Shown here piece by piece: positions 22,975 to 32,525 of a stretch of 64,000 nt of DNA (its first letter is position 1; each line of letters opens with the position of its first letter). The position numbers were made by a program, and so were the translations under genes. The notes beneath the pieces are model-generated. The model saw nothing but the letters and a program-made list of their open reading frames with translations. It ran no database searches and was not told the origin of the DNA. Source of the stretch: Planctomycetota bacterium (GTDB lineage Bacteria; Planctomycetota; SZUA-567; H5-PLA8); assembly GCA_038227875.1 (NCBI GenBank), contig JBBRPR010000001.1:256001-320000 (forward strand), read 5' to 3'.

Positions 22975-23690
22975 TCGCGCCTCCGGCTGCCGCCGCCGAT
23001 CAAACCGAGACGCAGCGCCCAGTAGATTACTTCCCACAGCGCGGCAATGGTCGCGGCGACGTAAGTCATCGCGGCGGCGGTGAGCATCACCTGCGCGCCC
23101 TTGGTCTCTTCGACATTCAGGATGCCGCTGGACGGCAGCACCTGCAGCGCGCGGCGGCTGGCGTCGAATTCGACCGGTAAATTCACCAGCTGAAACAGCG
23201 CCACACAACCGATTAAACCAAGACCGATGAGTGAAAGTATATTGTGTGGATTACGGGTCATGAATAGACCCAGCATGATCGCGACGTAGCCGAACGACGA
23301 ACCGATGCTGGCCATCGGCACCGCGATGTTGCGGATCGCCATCAGCGGGTAGTGCTGCGCGTCCTGCATGGCGTGCCCCGCTTCGTGAGCCGCGACGCCG
23401 ACGGCGGCGATCGACGTGCCGTTGTAGTTGGCCGGCGAGAGCCGCAGCACTTTTTCCCGCGGCGAATAGTGGTCGCTTAAGAAACCGTCGACTTCTTCAA
23501 TCCGCACGTCCGTAATGCCGGCCTGCCGGAGCACCACGTATGCCGCTTCCTGTCCGCTGATGCCCTTGCTGTTGCCGATCTGCGAATACTTTGCGTAGGC
23601 GCTCTTCAACCAGAGCTGCGCCAGCAGCGCCAGCGCCATCATCGGCAGCGCAACGTAGATCAGATGATTCCAGTCCATATGAAAGAACAT
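22971..23690 (-). CDS. Membrane zinc metallopeptidase (YugP-like)
   Basis: LSDHYSP, AAHEAGHAMQD, LPVEFDASRRA, AAAMTYVAA. Confidence 0.93.
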   Translation of the reverse strand: MFFHMDWNHLIYVALPMMALALLAQLWLKSAYAKYSQIGNSKGISGQEAAYVVLRQAGITDVRIEEVDGFLSDHYSPREKVLRLSPANYNGTSIAAVGVAAHEAGHAMQDAQHYPLMAIRNIAVPMASIGSSFGYVAIMLGLFMTRNPHNILSLIGLGLIGCVALFQLVNLPVEFDASRRALQVLPSSGILNVEETKGAQVMLTAAAMTYVAATIAALWEVIYWALRLGLIGGGSRRRD

Positions 23691-23919
23691 CTTTTGCCCC
23701 CTTACTGTTCACCGAACTGCGGTGGAACGTCCTCTAAAGATAGACGCTACAGATCCCCGCACCTTGAAGCAACTGAAGCGGAATCGCGCATCGCCAGCAT
23801 TCTCCCAACCTGAGATTAGTGCAAAAGATAGGAGATCCCGCTAAAGACGCGCCCCGGAGAAAAGGGTATTCTCCCCACCGTGAAGTGAAACGGATGACTC
23901 AAATCGATTAAGGAGAGGG

Positions 23920-24711
23920 ATGACAATGGGCCTGACGCGCGCGCAGAGTGACTTCTACGAACAGAACGGGTACGTGGTCGTCGAGAACCTGGTCTCGAAG
24001 GACACGCTGCTCGATCTCCGGCAGCGCGTCGACGACATCCAGAACACGATCCTTGAGGCCCAGTCCGCCGCGCGCGCCCGAGCGGCCAGCGCCAACCCGG
24101 GGCTTGGCGGCAAACCGGTCTCCTACATCGTCGAAAACGGCGGCGGCACCGCGACGGCGACCAAGCCGTCCCTGCGCAAACTCGCCGACCTCGCGCCGAT
24201 GGATGGGTTCTTCCGCTCCGTGGCCTCCACGCCGGAAATTCTGCAATGCGTCTCCGATTGCACCGGCGGCGGACCGAAGATCATGCTTTACAGCGACCAG
24301 GTGTTCCTGAAGCCCGCCTTCTGCGGCTCGGAGAAGCCGCTCCATCAGGACAACTCGTACTTCAAGGTGATGCCGATGACCTCCGGAGTCACCTGCTGGA
24401 TGGCGCTGGACGATGCGACGCTGGAAAACGGCTGCATGCACTACATTCCCGGCTCGCACAAACTCGGTCTGATCAAGCACAAGGAAATCAAGAACACGCC
24501 GCATTTGATTCCGGATGTGGATTTCGACGTCGGCATCGAAAAGCCGGTCCCGATCCCCGCCGGCGCGTGCATTTTCCATTCGCTGCTGGTTCTGCACAGC
24601 TCGAAGGCCAACACCAGCGACAAATCGCGCCGCGCCTGGGCCCTCCACTATGCCAACCGCAGCGGCCAGACGGCGGTGAAGCAGTGGGATGAGATGCTGG
24701 CGCTCAATTGA
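23920..24711 (+). CDS. Phytanoyl-CoA dioxygenase (PhyH) family 2OG-Fe(II) enzyme
   Basis: LHQD, WMALDDATLENGCMHYIPGSH, HSSKANTSDKSRRA. Confidence 0.92.
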   Translation: MTMGLTRAQSDFYEQNGYVVVENLVSKDTLLDLRQRVDDIQNTILEAQSAARARAASANPGLGGKPVSYIVENGGGTATATKPSLRKLADLAPMDGFFRSVASTPEILQCVSDCTGGGPKIMLYSDQVFLKPAFCGSEKPLHQDNSYFKVMPMTSGVTCWMALDDATLENGCMHYIPGSHKLGLIKHKEIKNTPHLIPDVDFDVGIEKPVPIPAGACIFHSLLVLHSSKANTSDKSRRAWALHYANRSGQTAVKQWDEMLALN

Positions 24712-24763
24712 ATTCAGAATGATGAATGATGATGGATGAGATGTGGCTAATTGGAGGAAAATC

Positions 24764-24809
24764 TGGGTGTCAAGGAGCAAGCATACGGCCGCTTGCTCCT
24801 TGACACCCA
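24764..24809. repeat. REP-like palindrome, family A, single copy
   Basis: Perfect 19-bp stem TGGGTGTCAAGGAGCAAGC / GCTTGCTCCTTGACACCCA, 8-nt loop; recurs at 47035-47077 and 47188-47230. Confidence 0.88.
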
Positions 24810-24862
24810 ACCGCAGCCGTCTCTGTTGCAATTATCCTTCCTTTCCGCTCCAATCCTCTCAC

Positions 24863-25687
24863 ATGGACTTCATTCATAGTTGGATCGTGCCGCCGGGTGC
24901 CACCGTTGGGGCGTGGCAGTATGTGCTCACGGCGTTTTTTGCGCTGATGATCATGGCCGTCTCCAAAGGCGGATTTGGCGGCGGCGTCGGCATCATCTCG
25001 ACGCCAATGATGCTCTACGTCGCGCCGGCGAACTTTGTGTTTGGGCTCTGGGTCCCGGTGCTCGTCGTCTGCGATCTGGCCACGATTCATCAGTATCCAA
25101 AGGAATGGAACCCGCGAGCATTCTTCCGGCTCGCGCCGGGCGTGTTGCTGGGCATTGTGATCGTGACCCTCGCGGTCCGCGCGCTGAAGGCCGACGAAAA
25201 TCCGGAAGCGAAAAAGCAGCTCGAACATTTCCTGCGCCTGGTCTGCGGCGTGGTCTCGCTGGCGTTTGTGGCACTGCAGTACCGGCCCAAGGGTCCTGAG
25301 AACGACGAACCGTGGCAGCCGTCGTGGGCCGTCTCACTGCCGACGGGGCTGCTGGCGGGCATCACCACGATGCTCGCCAACGCGGCCGGTCCGATTGTCA
25401 CCATGTTCCTGCTGCCACAGAAAATGGAGAAGCGGGTGTTCGTCGGGACGTGCGGCCGCTTTTACTTCATCTTCAACTCGATCAAGATCCCGTTTGCCGT
25501 GCTGTGCGCGTGGACGTCGTGGGAGACGCTGCGCTACGGCGCGTGGATGATGCTGATCGGCCCGCTCGGCGTGGTACTCGGCCGGTGGCTCAACAGCCGC
25601 CTGAGCGCCACGTGGTTCGAAATCTTCGTGCGCTTCTCGCTGGTTTTTGCGGGAGCGAAGTTGATTTACGATGGATTGCAACCGTGA
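24863..25687 (+). CDS. TauE/SafE-family exporter
   Basis: SKGGFGGGVG, AGITTMLANAAGP, multiple TM helices. Confidence 0.88.
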   Translation: MDFIHSWIVPPGATVGAWQYVLTAFFALMIMAVSKGGFGGGVGIISTPMMLYVAPANFVFGLWVPVLVVCDLATIHQYPKEWNPRAFFRLAPGVLLGIVIVTLAVRALKADENPEAKKQLEHFLRLVCGVVSLAFVALQYRPKGPENDEPWQPSWAVSLPTGLLAGITTMLANAAGPIVTMFLLPQKMEKRVFVGTCGRFYFIFNSIKIPFAVLCAWTSWETLRYGAWMMLIGPLGVVLGRWLNSRLSATWFEIFVRFSLVFAGAKLIYDGLQP

Positions 25688-25905
25688 CGAACAGATGGGA
25701 TCGGGGATCGGGCATCTACGGATTTTCCGGGGACACCCCGGAAAACCGCAGGCATCGGTTAATGGGTGGGATCGGATGGTCGAAGGGTGCTCCGTTGCGA
25801 ATTGGGGACATTGAGAATTCCCAACCTCAGAGGGTCTTTGATCGGCCAGCCGCTCGCGCCCACTGACCGATCCCTGATGCCTGATCCCCGGATCCCATCT
25901 GTTCG
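25688..25905. repeat. ~218-bp element bounded by ~29-bp imperfect inverted repeats
   Basis: CGAACAGATGGGATCGGGGATCGGGCATC (25688-25716) versus GATGCCTGATCCCCGGATCCCATCTGTTCG (25876-25905). Confidence 0.8.
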
Positions 25906-25909
25906 GCCG

Positions 25910-26530
25910 TCACCGCGCCCCCTTCTTATACTCATCGTTCAGCGTCGAAATGATCTTCGCCGTGATGTCCAAGTCCGGGTTGTACGACAGGATCGGGTTG
26001 CGGCGGAAACGTTCGACCATCTCCCGCATCGACTCGAAACGCGGGTGATCGCCGCTGGCCGGAAGCGTGTCGTCGTCGGGGCAGCGCAGGACCATGTCGA
26101 AGCGTTCGGCCTTGGCCACCAGCGCGATGGCGCCCTTGATATCGTCGAGCACCGTGCGCATCTCGGTGGCCTCACGGGCGGCGATTTCCTTCTGCAACGC
26201 TTCCAGCTTCATTTCGAAGTCGAACTTCTGCGATTCGTACGCTTGGATCTCTTTGAAGAACGTCGGATCCTTCTTTTCGCGCGGATCGTTCTTGAGGCGG
26301 CCTTCCCATTCCCGGAGCTTCCGGTCGGTGGTCTGGATTTCGATCTGCTTGGGTTCGTACTCCTTCCTGACCTTGGCCTTCACGTCAGCGATGCGGGTAT
26401 AGGCTTCGAAGACGCGGCCGACATCGACGACGGCGATGCGCCGCGGGTGCTCTTCTGCATATAGAAGGGAGGAATTCAGACCAAGCACAATGAGAAGTGA
26501 CACGTATAGGCGGACCCGGGTCAGGGACAT
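25910..26530 (-). CDS. OmpH/Skp-family periplasmic chaperone
   Basis: Signal peptide, IAVVDVGRVFEAY, coiled coil, FDMVL..DITAKII..LN. Confidence 0.88.
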   Translation of the reverse strand: MSLTRVRLYVSLLIVLGLNSSLLYAEEHPRRIAVVDVGRVFEAYTRIADVKAKVRKEYEPKQIEIQTTDRKLREWEGRLKNDPREKKDPTFFKEIQAYESQKFDFEMKLEALQKEIAAREATEMRTVLDDIKGAIALVAKAERFDMVLRCPDDDTLPASGDHPRFESMREMVERFRRNPILSYNPDLDITAKIISTLNDEYKKGAR

Positions 26531-26638
26531 CTGTAGAAACCTCCATGTACTTCAGGATAGAAGACTTGAATCACATGGATTGAACGCCTGCGCGAAGGCA
26601 AGCTTCAAAACTTTCGGTCAGGATGGGGTCAAAAAAGC

Positions 26639-26667
26639 TTGATTCTGGTTTGAGCGGAGCTTACTAT
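26639..26667 (+). promoter_or_regulatory. Putative sigma70-type promoter for the aminotransferase-greA-pheA operon
   Basis: TTGATT-N17-TACTAT preceded by an A-tract. Confidence 0.55.
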
Positions 26668-26684
26668 TCGTCTGTTTGATCTGG

Positions 26685-26719
26685 CAAGGACCGTCTCCTC
26701 GGGCGGTCTTTGTTTTTTT
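26685..26719 (+). terminator. Intrinsic terminator-like hairpin in the 5' leader
   Basis: CAAGGACCGTCT-CCTC-GGGCGGTCTTTG stem (G-U pairs fit + strand) followed by T7. Confidence 0.65.
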
Positions 26720-26748
26720 ATTGGCGTCTACGAAGAAGTGAGATTTCC

Positions 26749-27951
26749 ATGGCTGTTTCAATTTCATTAGCACGTCGCATCCGCGAAGTTCAACCCAGCG
26801 CCACGCTGGCGGTCGACTCCAAGGCCAAAGCGTTGCAGGCTCAGGGGATCGACATCGTCAATTTCGGCGCGGGCGAACCGGATTTCAACACGCCGGCCCA
26901 CATCGTCGAAGCCGGCACCAAGTCGATGAGCAGCGGCGACACGAAGTACTTCGCCAAGCGCGGCGCCGAATTGAAAAAAGGCATCTGCGAAAAGCTCAAG
27001 CGCGAGAACAACCTTGAGTACAAGCCCGAACACATCGTCGTCAGCAACGGCGCCAAGCAGAGCTTGTACAACCTGATGCAGGTGCTGATCGACGAAGGCG
27101 ATGAAGTCATCATTGTCGCGCCGTACTGGGTCAGTTACCTCGAGCAGGTCCGGCTCGCCGGCGGCAAAACGGTGATCATCGAGACCGACGAGAAAACGCA
27201 CTTCAAGACCACGCCCGAGCAGCTGCAGAAGGCGATCACGCCGAAGACGAAGCTGTTCATCCACAACAGCCCGTCGAACCCGACCGGCACGACGTACACG
27301 CCCGACGAGATCCGGGCGCTGGGCGCGGTGATCGAGAAGGCCGGAATTCTGGCGCTTTCTGACGAAATCTACGAACGCCTGATTTACGGCGGCATCAAAG
27401 CGCTCTCGCTGGCGGCCGTTTCGCCGGGGCTTAAAGACCAGGTGATTACCGTCAACGGAGTCGCCAAGTCGTTCTCGATGACCGGCTGGCGCATCGGCTG
27501 GGCGGCGGGTCCGGAAAGCGTGATGAAGGCCGTGCAGAAATTCCAGAGCCACGCGACGAGCGAACCGGCGGCGTTCAGTCAGGCCGGCGCGGCGGAAGCC
27601 TACGCGAGCATCGCCGCTTCCGATGCGGCCGTGAAAGCCATGCACGAACAGTTCGACGTGCGCCGCCGCCAGATGCACAAGCGGCTCAACCAGCTGCCGG
27701 GCGTCACCTGCCTGGAGCCGATGGGCGCGTTCTACGCGTTCCCCAATGTTTCAGGCGTGTTCGGGCGGTCGTTCAAGGGCGTGACGGTCAAGACGCCGAT
27801 GGACTTCTGCAACGTCGCGCTGGAGCAGGCCGGCGTCGCGCCGGTTCCGGGCGAAGCCTTCGGCTCGCGAAACCACATTCGTCTCAGCTATGCCACCAGC
27901 ATGGAGTTGATTAACAAAGGTCTGGACCGTCTGGAGCTGTTGTTAAAGTAG
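26749..27951 (+). CDS. aspC: Class I PLP-dependent (aspartate) aminotransferase
   Basis: GEPDF, NGAKQ, PYWVSY, NSPSNPTG, SDEIYE, KSFSMTGWRIG, RLSYA. Confidence 0.92.
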   Translation: MAVSISLARRIREVQPSATLAVDSKAKALQAQGIDIVNFGAGEPDFNTPAHIVEAGTKSMSSGDTKYFAKRGAELKKGICEKLKRENNLEYKPEHIVVSNGAKQSLYNLMQVLIDEGDEVIIVAPYWVSYLEQVRLAGGKTVIIETDEKTHFKTTPEQLQKAITPKTKLFIHNSPSNPTGTTYTPDEIRALGAVIEKAGILALSDEIYERLIYGGIKALSLAAVSPGLKDQVITVNGVAKSFSMTGWRIGWAAGPESVMKAVQKFQSHATSEPAAFSQAGAAEAYASIAASDAAVKAMHEQFDVRRRQMHKRLNQLPGVTCLEPMGAFYAFPNVSGVFGRSFKGVTVKTPMDFCNVALEQAGVAPVPGEAFGSRNHIRLSYATSMELINKGLDRLELLLK

Positions 27952-28053
27952 GCTATTGGCGCGCGTGCGGAACGCCTCGTCCAGATTACTGGATTGGGGC
28001 GAGTCGGTGTTTGTCACGCGGCCAGGATAAAAAAGAAGCGGGAGAAATCAGGC

Positions 28054-28521
28054 ATGGACACAGTGCCGATGACGCGCGAAGGTCTGGATAAGATCATCGC
28101 GGAAGTGACGGAACTTGAAGAGCGCAGACCCAAAGTCCTGCTGCAGATCAAGGAAGCGCGCGAGAAGGGCGACTTGTCTGAAAACGCGGAGTACCATGCC
28201 GCGCGCGAAGACCTGTCGATGCTCGAAGGCCGCATCCGCGAGATGAAGGACAAGATCTCCCGCGCCGTCATCGTCGACAAATCGAAAATCGGCGGCAACA
28301 CCGTCGTCTTCGGCGCCACGGTCAAGCTGTTGAGCATCGCCGACAACGAGGAAGAGGAATACTCGCTGGTCGGTGAAGGCGAAAACGACCCGCTGGCCGG
28401 AAAGATCCTGACCACCAGCCCGATGGGTCAGGCGCTGCTGACCAAGAAAGTCGGCGACAAGATTGAAGTGCCGACGCCGAAGGGCGCGTTGAAATTCAAG
28501 ATCCTGGAAATCCGTTTCTAG
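28054..28521 (+). CDS. greA: Transcription elongation factor GreA
   Basis: AREKGDLSENAEYHAARE, FGATVKL, SPMGQALL. Confidence 0.96.
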   Translation: MDTVPMTREGLDKIIAEVTELEERRPKVLLQIKEAREKGDLSENAEYHAAREDLSMLEGRIREMKDKISRAVIVDKSKIGGNTVVFGATVKLLSIADNEEEEYSLVGEGENDPLAGKILTTSPMGQALLTKKVGDKIEVPTPKGALKFKILEIRF

Positions 28522-28561
28522 AAAGGGAAGTATTCGCGCCGTGTAGTTGACTGCGTCCCGT

Positions 28562-29746
28562 ATGGCCAAACGTACGCACAGCAATCCGAAGGCGAAGTCC
28601 GTTGCGCCCGCATCCAGCCGCGTCAAAGTGGCTGAAGGCGTCAGCAGCAACGGCAGCGCCCCGTCGTTGGATCAATTGCGCGGCACCATCGACACGCTGG
28701 ACGCGCAGATCGTCAAGCTGATCAACGAACGCGCGCAGCACGCGATTGAAATCGGCGCGATCAAGGCCCGCACGGGGGTGAAGGCGTACAACCCGTCCCG
28801 CGAAATCCAAGTCTACCGCAAGGTCGCCTCGCAGAATCACGGACCGTTGCCCAACGAAGCCTTCAAGTCGATCTACCGCGAGATCATGTCGGCGACCATC
28901 GCGCTGGAACGGCCGACCCGCGTTGCGTTCTTCGGACAGCCGGGAACGTTCACGCATCTGGCGGCGCTGACCAAGTTCGGTTCGTCGGTCGAATACATTC
29001 CGACGCGCGACATCCGCGACGTCTTCCTCGCCGTCGCGCGCGGCCGGGCCGACTACGGACTCGTGCCGATCGAGAATTCGACCGAAGGCGGCGTCAATCA
29101 GTCGATCGACATGTTCGCCGAGACGCGGTTAAAGATCGCCAGCGAAATCTACCTGCCGATCCATCATCATCTGCTCGCGAAGTGCCCGTTCAAAGAGATC
29201 AAGGTCGTCTACAGTTTCGGCCAGCCCTTCGCGCAATGCCGCAACTGGCTGATGGGCCACCTGGGCAACGCGGAAAAACGGGAAGTGCCCTCGACGGCCG
29301 CCGCCGCTGAACGCGCCGCGAAGGAACCGCACGCCGCCGCCATCGCCGGCTCGCTGGCCTCCGAGATTTACGACATTCCCATCGTCGTCGAGAACATCGA
29401 AGATTCGCCCGACAACATCACGCGCTTTTTCGTCGTCGCCGAACGCATGGCCGAACGGACCGGCCGCGACAAGACCAGCCTGCTGCTCTCGATCAAGGAC
29501 CAGCCCGGCGCGCTCTTGAAGCTGCTCCAGCCCTTCCAGAAAAATCGCATCAACCTGACACGGATCGAATCGCGGCCGAGCAAGCGGCGCGCGTGGGAGT
29601 ACCATTTCTTCCTCGATCTGGAAGGCCACGTCGAAGACGAAGCCGTCAAGCGGACGATGAAGGACCTGGAAGCGCACGTCAAACATCTGGAAGTGCTGGG
29701 TAGTTATCCGACGTCCGAGCGCATGCCGGTGGCGGGGAAGCGTTGA
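28562..29746 (+). CDS. pheA: Chorismate mutase/prephenate dehydratase (P-protein)
   Basis: LRGTIDTLDAQIVKLINER, PIENSTEG, NITRFFV, ACT domain TRIESRPS. Confidence 0.96.
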   Translation: MAKRTHSNPKAKSVAPASSRVKVAEGVSSNGSAPSLDQLRGTIDTLDAQIVKLINERAQHAIEIGAIKARTGVKAYNPSREIQVYRKVASQNHGPLPNEAFKSIYREIMSATIALERPTRVAFFGQPGTFTHLAALTKFGSSVEYIPTRDIRDVFLAVARGRADYGLVPIENSTEGGVNQSIDMFAETRLKIASEIYLPIHHHLLAKCPFKEIKVVYSFGQPFAQCRNWLMGHLGNAEKREVPSTAAAAERAAKEPHAAAIAGSLASEIYDIPIVVENIEDSPDNITRFFVVAERMAERTGRDKTSLLLSIKDQPGALLKLLQPFQKNRINLTRIESRPSKRRAWEYHFFLDLEGHVEDEAVKRTMKDLEAHVKHLEVLGSYPTSERMPVAGKR

Positions 29747-29750
29747 AAGT

Positions 29751-29781
29751 AGTTTTCAGTTTTGAAGTTTCAGTTTTGAGT
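29751..29781. repeat. Degenerate heptamer tandem repeat (AGTTTT[C/G]-like)
   Basis: agttttcagttttgaagtttcagttttgagtt-type run between pheA and tpiA. Confidence 0.6.
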
Positions 29782-29815
29782 TGTGTTTGAACGTGGCGGT
29801 TAGGAAGGGGTCTGT

Positions 29816-30571
29816 ATGCGTCGCTCGTTTGTGGCCGGCAACTGGAAGATGAACAAGACTCCCGACGAATCCAAGGCGCTGGTCGCGGCCTTGCGGGAGA
29901 AGCTGTCGGGATTCGACAGCTGCGACGTCGCGGTCTTTCCCGCGGCCGTCAGCATTCCCGCCGTCGCCGACGTCCTCAAGGGCTCCAAGATTGCCTGGGG
30001 CGGACAGAACATGTACTGGGAAAAGTCCGGCGCGTTCACCGGCGAACTTTCCGGCCCGATGCTGGTGGCCTGCGGCTGCGAGTACGTGCTCTGCGGACAC
30101 AGCGAACGCCGCTTGTACTTCGGCGAAACCGACGCGACGGTCAACAAGCGCGTCAAGGCCGCCCTCAGCTTCAAGCTCAAACCGATTCTCTGTGTCGGCG
30201 AAACGAAAGACGAACGCGTCGCGAACATCACCATCGAAGTGGTCAAGCGCCACGTACTGGACGGCCTGGCGGGACTGACCGCCGAACAGATGGGGCAGTT
30301 GACCATTGCCTATGAGCCGGTCTGGGCGATCGGCACGGGGTTGACGGCCACGCCGGCCCAGGCGCAGGAAGTCCACGCCCTGATCCGCGGGCTGGTCCGG
30401 GAGCAATTTGGCACGGGCATCGCCGACGCCCTTCGTATACAATACGGTGGCTCGGTCAAACCCGAGAACGCCAAGGAACTTGTGCACCAGCCGGACATCG
30501 ACGGCGCGCTGGTGGGCGGTGCCAGTTTGGTGGCGGACGACTTTGAGAAGATTGTCCGCGGAGCGAAGTAA
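29816..30571 (+). CDS. tpiA: Triosephosphate isomerase
   Basis: AGNWKMN, GHSERR, AYEPVWAIGTG, YGGSVKP, LVGGASL. Confidence 0.98.
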   Translation: MRRSFVAGNWKMNKTPDESKALVAALREKLSGFDSCDVAVFPAAVSIPAVADVLKGSKIAWGGQNMYWEKSGAFTGELSGPMLVACGCEYVLCGHSERRLYFGETDATVNKRVKAALSFKLKPILCVGETKDERVANITIEVVKRHVLDGLAGLTAEQMGQLTIAYEPVWAIGTGLTATPAQAQEVHALIRGLVREQFGTGIADALRIQYGGSVKPENAKELVHQPDIDGALVGGASLVADDFEKIVRGAK

Positions 30572-30579
30572 CGGGGAGA

Positions 30580-30813
30580 ATGACCATGCATGGAATGATC
30601 CCGACTGTACTCAGCGTCCTGATCGCGTTCACCGGCATTCTGATGATGTTTTTCATTCTGCTTCAGGACAGCAAAGGCGGCGCGTTGACGATTCTGGATG
30701 GCACGAAGGCGACGAATCTCGACACGGTCACCAATCCGTTGCGCCGCGCGACTGCAGTTCTGGCGGGACTCTTTTTCGTGCTCGTGATTGTTCGAACGAT
30801 GATGGGTGGTTGA
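30580..30813 (+). CDS. secG: SecG paralogue 1 (short, divergent)
   Basis: Two TMs with ILLQDSKGG..TNPLRRATAVLAGLFF; follows tpiA. Confidence 0.8.
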   Translation: MTMHGMIPTVLSVLIAFTGILMMFFILLQDSKGGALTILDGTKATNLDTVTNPLRRATAVLAGLFFVLVIVRTMMGG

Positions 30814-30885
30814 AGCAGGACGTACGCCGAATCCGCGTGCGTTTTTGAATTTGAATTTTCAATTCGTAAGCAAGGGGGAAGTAAG

Positions 30886-31506
30886 ATGAACGGTTTTGTA
30901 CTCGCAGCTTCGGGCGCCAGCGGTTGGGCCGATTTCATTCTGACCGGCATGGTTGTGCTCGTCGCGATTCTGATGACGGGATTCATCCTGCTGCAGGAAG
31001 GCAAAGGCGGCGGCTTGACGGCGCTGGGCGGCACGAAGGCCGCGGGCGTTGAAGGCGTCACCAACCCCATCCGCCGTGCCACGGGCTGGCTGGCCGGGAT
31101 CATGTTCGTCCTGCTGATTGTCCTGGGCATCATGCACAAGCCCGCAGCGACGACAAGCCTTGGCGAAGACAAGTCCGCGGCCATCGAAACCGCGCCTCCG
31201 GGCGAAGCGCCCAGCCCCGTCGGTCAGCCGGCGGTGCCAGTGAGCGCGACCGCTCCGATTCCCGCTGCCCCTGTCGTTCCTGACGCCAACAAAGCTCCCG
31301 CGCTGAAGGCCGGCGACGCGCCGAAGACGGACGCTCCGAAGACCGACGCGCCCAAGACGGATGCCACCAAGACGGACGCGCCCAAGGTTGACGCACCCAA
31401 GACCGACGCGCCGAAGGAAGCGCCCAAGGTTGAAGCGCCGCCCGCGCCCGCGCCAGCCCCGGCTCCGGTCGCTCCAACGCCCGAACCGACCAAGGACGGC
31501 AAGTAA
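30886..31506 (+). CDS. secG: SecG paralogue 2 with long Pro/Ala/Lys-rich tail
   Basis: ILLQEGKGGGLTALGG..TNPIRRATGWLAGIMF, then low-complexity tail. Confidence 0.88.
   Translation: MNGFVLAASGASGWADFILTGMVVLVAILMTGFILLQEGKGGGLTALGGTKAAGVEGVTNPIRRATGWLAGIMFVLLIVLGIMHKPAATTSLGEDKSAAIETAPPGEAPSPVGQPAVPVSATAPIPAAPVVPDANKAPALKAGDAPKTDAPKTDAPKTDATKTDAPKVDAPKTDAPKEAPKVEAPPAPAPAPAPVAPTPEPTKDGK
31315..31416 (+). repeat. Coding 15-bp tandem repeat (DAPKT, about 7 copies) in the SecG tail
   Basis: DAPKTDAPKTDAPKTDATKTDAPKVDAPKTDAPK. Confidence 0.9.
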
Positions 31507-31546
31507 GTCTCATCCATGTGCTCGACGCAACAACCAGGTGCCTTCA

Positions 31547-32524
31547 ATGTCTGATGTGACGACGGTCAAGTCCAAGCGCAAGTCCCCGGCGGCCGCTGCG
31601 ACTCCTGCAGCGGCTCCGTCGTCTGCGATTCCGCCGGTTCGTTCGATGACCGGCTACGGAAGCGCCTCGCTGGAAGACGCGCACCGCGTGACGGCCGAAA
31701 TCCGCTCGGTCAACGGCCGCTTCCTGAAGCTCTCCGTGAAAGTCATGGGCCGCTACGGCGCGCTGGAAGACCGCGTCAAAGCGCTGCTCAACGAAATCGG
31801 CATCAAGCGCGGCAGCGTCGACGTCTCGCTCTTCTTCAACGGCAACACCTCCGACGAAGGCAACTACGGCATCAACGAAAACGCCGTGCGCAACTACGTC
31901 AACCAGGCGCGCGCGCTGAATAAAAAGTTCAAGCTCAAGGGCGACATCCAGCTCGGCTCGATTCTTTCCCTGCCCGAAGTGGTCAAGCGTTTCGAGACCG
32001 AAGACGACATCGAAGCCGTCTGGGCCAGCTCCCGCAAGGCGCTGACCCTGGCGCTCAACGATTTCTCCGCGATGCGCGAGCGCGAAGGCGTCTCGATGGC
32101 CGCCGACATCCGCTTGCAACTGGCCAAGCTGGCTGAACACCGCACCGCGATCCTCTCCAACGCCCCCGACGCCTTGAAGGCCGCGATCGAAAAGTTCCGC
32201 GAACGCGTCACGCGGCTGCTGGAACAGTCGAAGCTCGCCGCGCCGGTCAATCCGGAATGGCTGGAACGCGAAATTGTGCTGATGAGCGACCGCACGGACA
32301 TCAGCGAAGAGCTGGCGCGGTTGCAGAGCCACTTCGAGCAGATGGAAGAGACGCTGGTGGCCGGCGGCGAGACCGGCAAGAAGCTCGATTTCCTCACTCA
32401 GGAACTGTTCCGCGAGACCAACACCATCGGTTCCAAAGCGCAGGACGAACGGATCACGCACCGGGTGGTCGAGATGAAAGGGCTGATCGAGAAGATCCGC
32501 GAACAGGTCCAGAATCTCGAATAA
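31547..32524 (+). CDS. yicC: YicC/YloC-family endoribonuclease
   Basis: SMTGYG, EIRSVNGRFL, DISEELARL, GKKLDFLTQELFRETNTIGSK, IREQVQNLE. Confidence 0.95.
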   Translation: MSDVTTVKSKRKSPAAAATPAAAPSSAIPPVRSMTGYGSASLEDAHRVTAEIRSVNGRFLKLSVKVMGRYGALEDRVKALLNEIGIKRGSVDVSLFFNGNTSDEGNYGINENAVRNYVNQARALNKKFKLKGDIQLGSILSLPEVVKRFETEDDIEAVWASSRKALTLALNDFSAMREREGVSMAADIRLQLAKLAEHRTAILSNAPDALKAAIEKFRERVTRLLEQSKLAAPVNPEWLEREIVLMSDRTDISEELARLQSHFEQMEETLVAGGETGKKLDFLTQELFRETNTIGSKAQDERITHRVVEMKGLIEKIREQVQNLE

Positions 32525-32525
32525 C

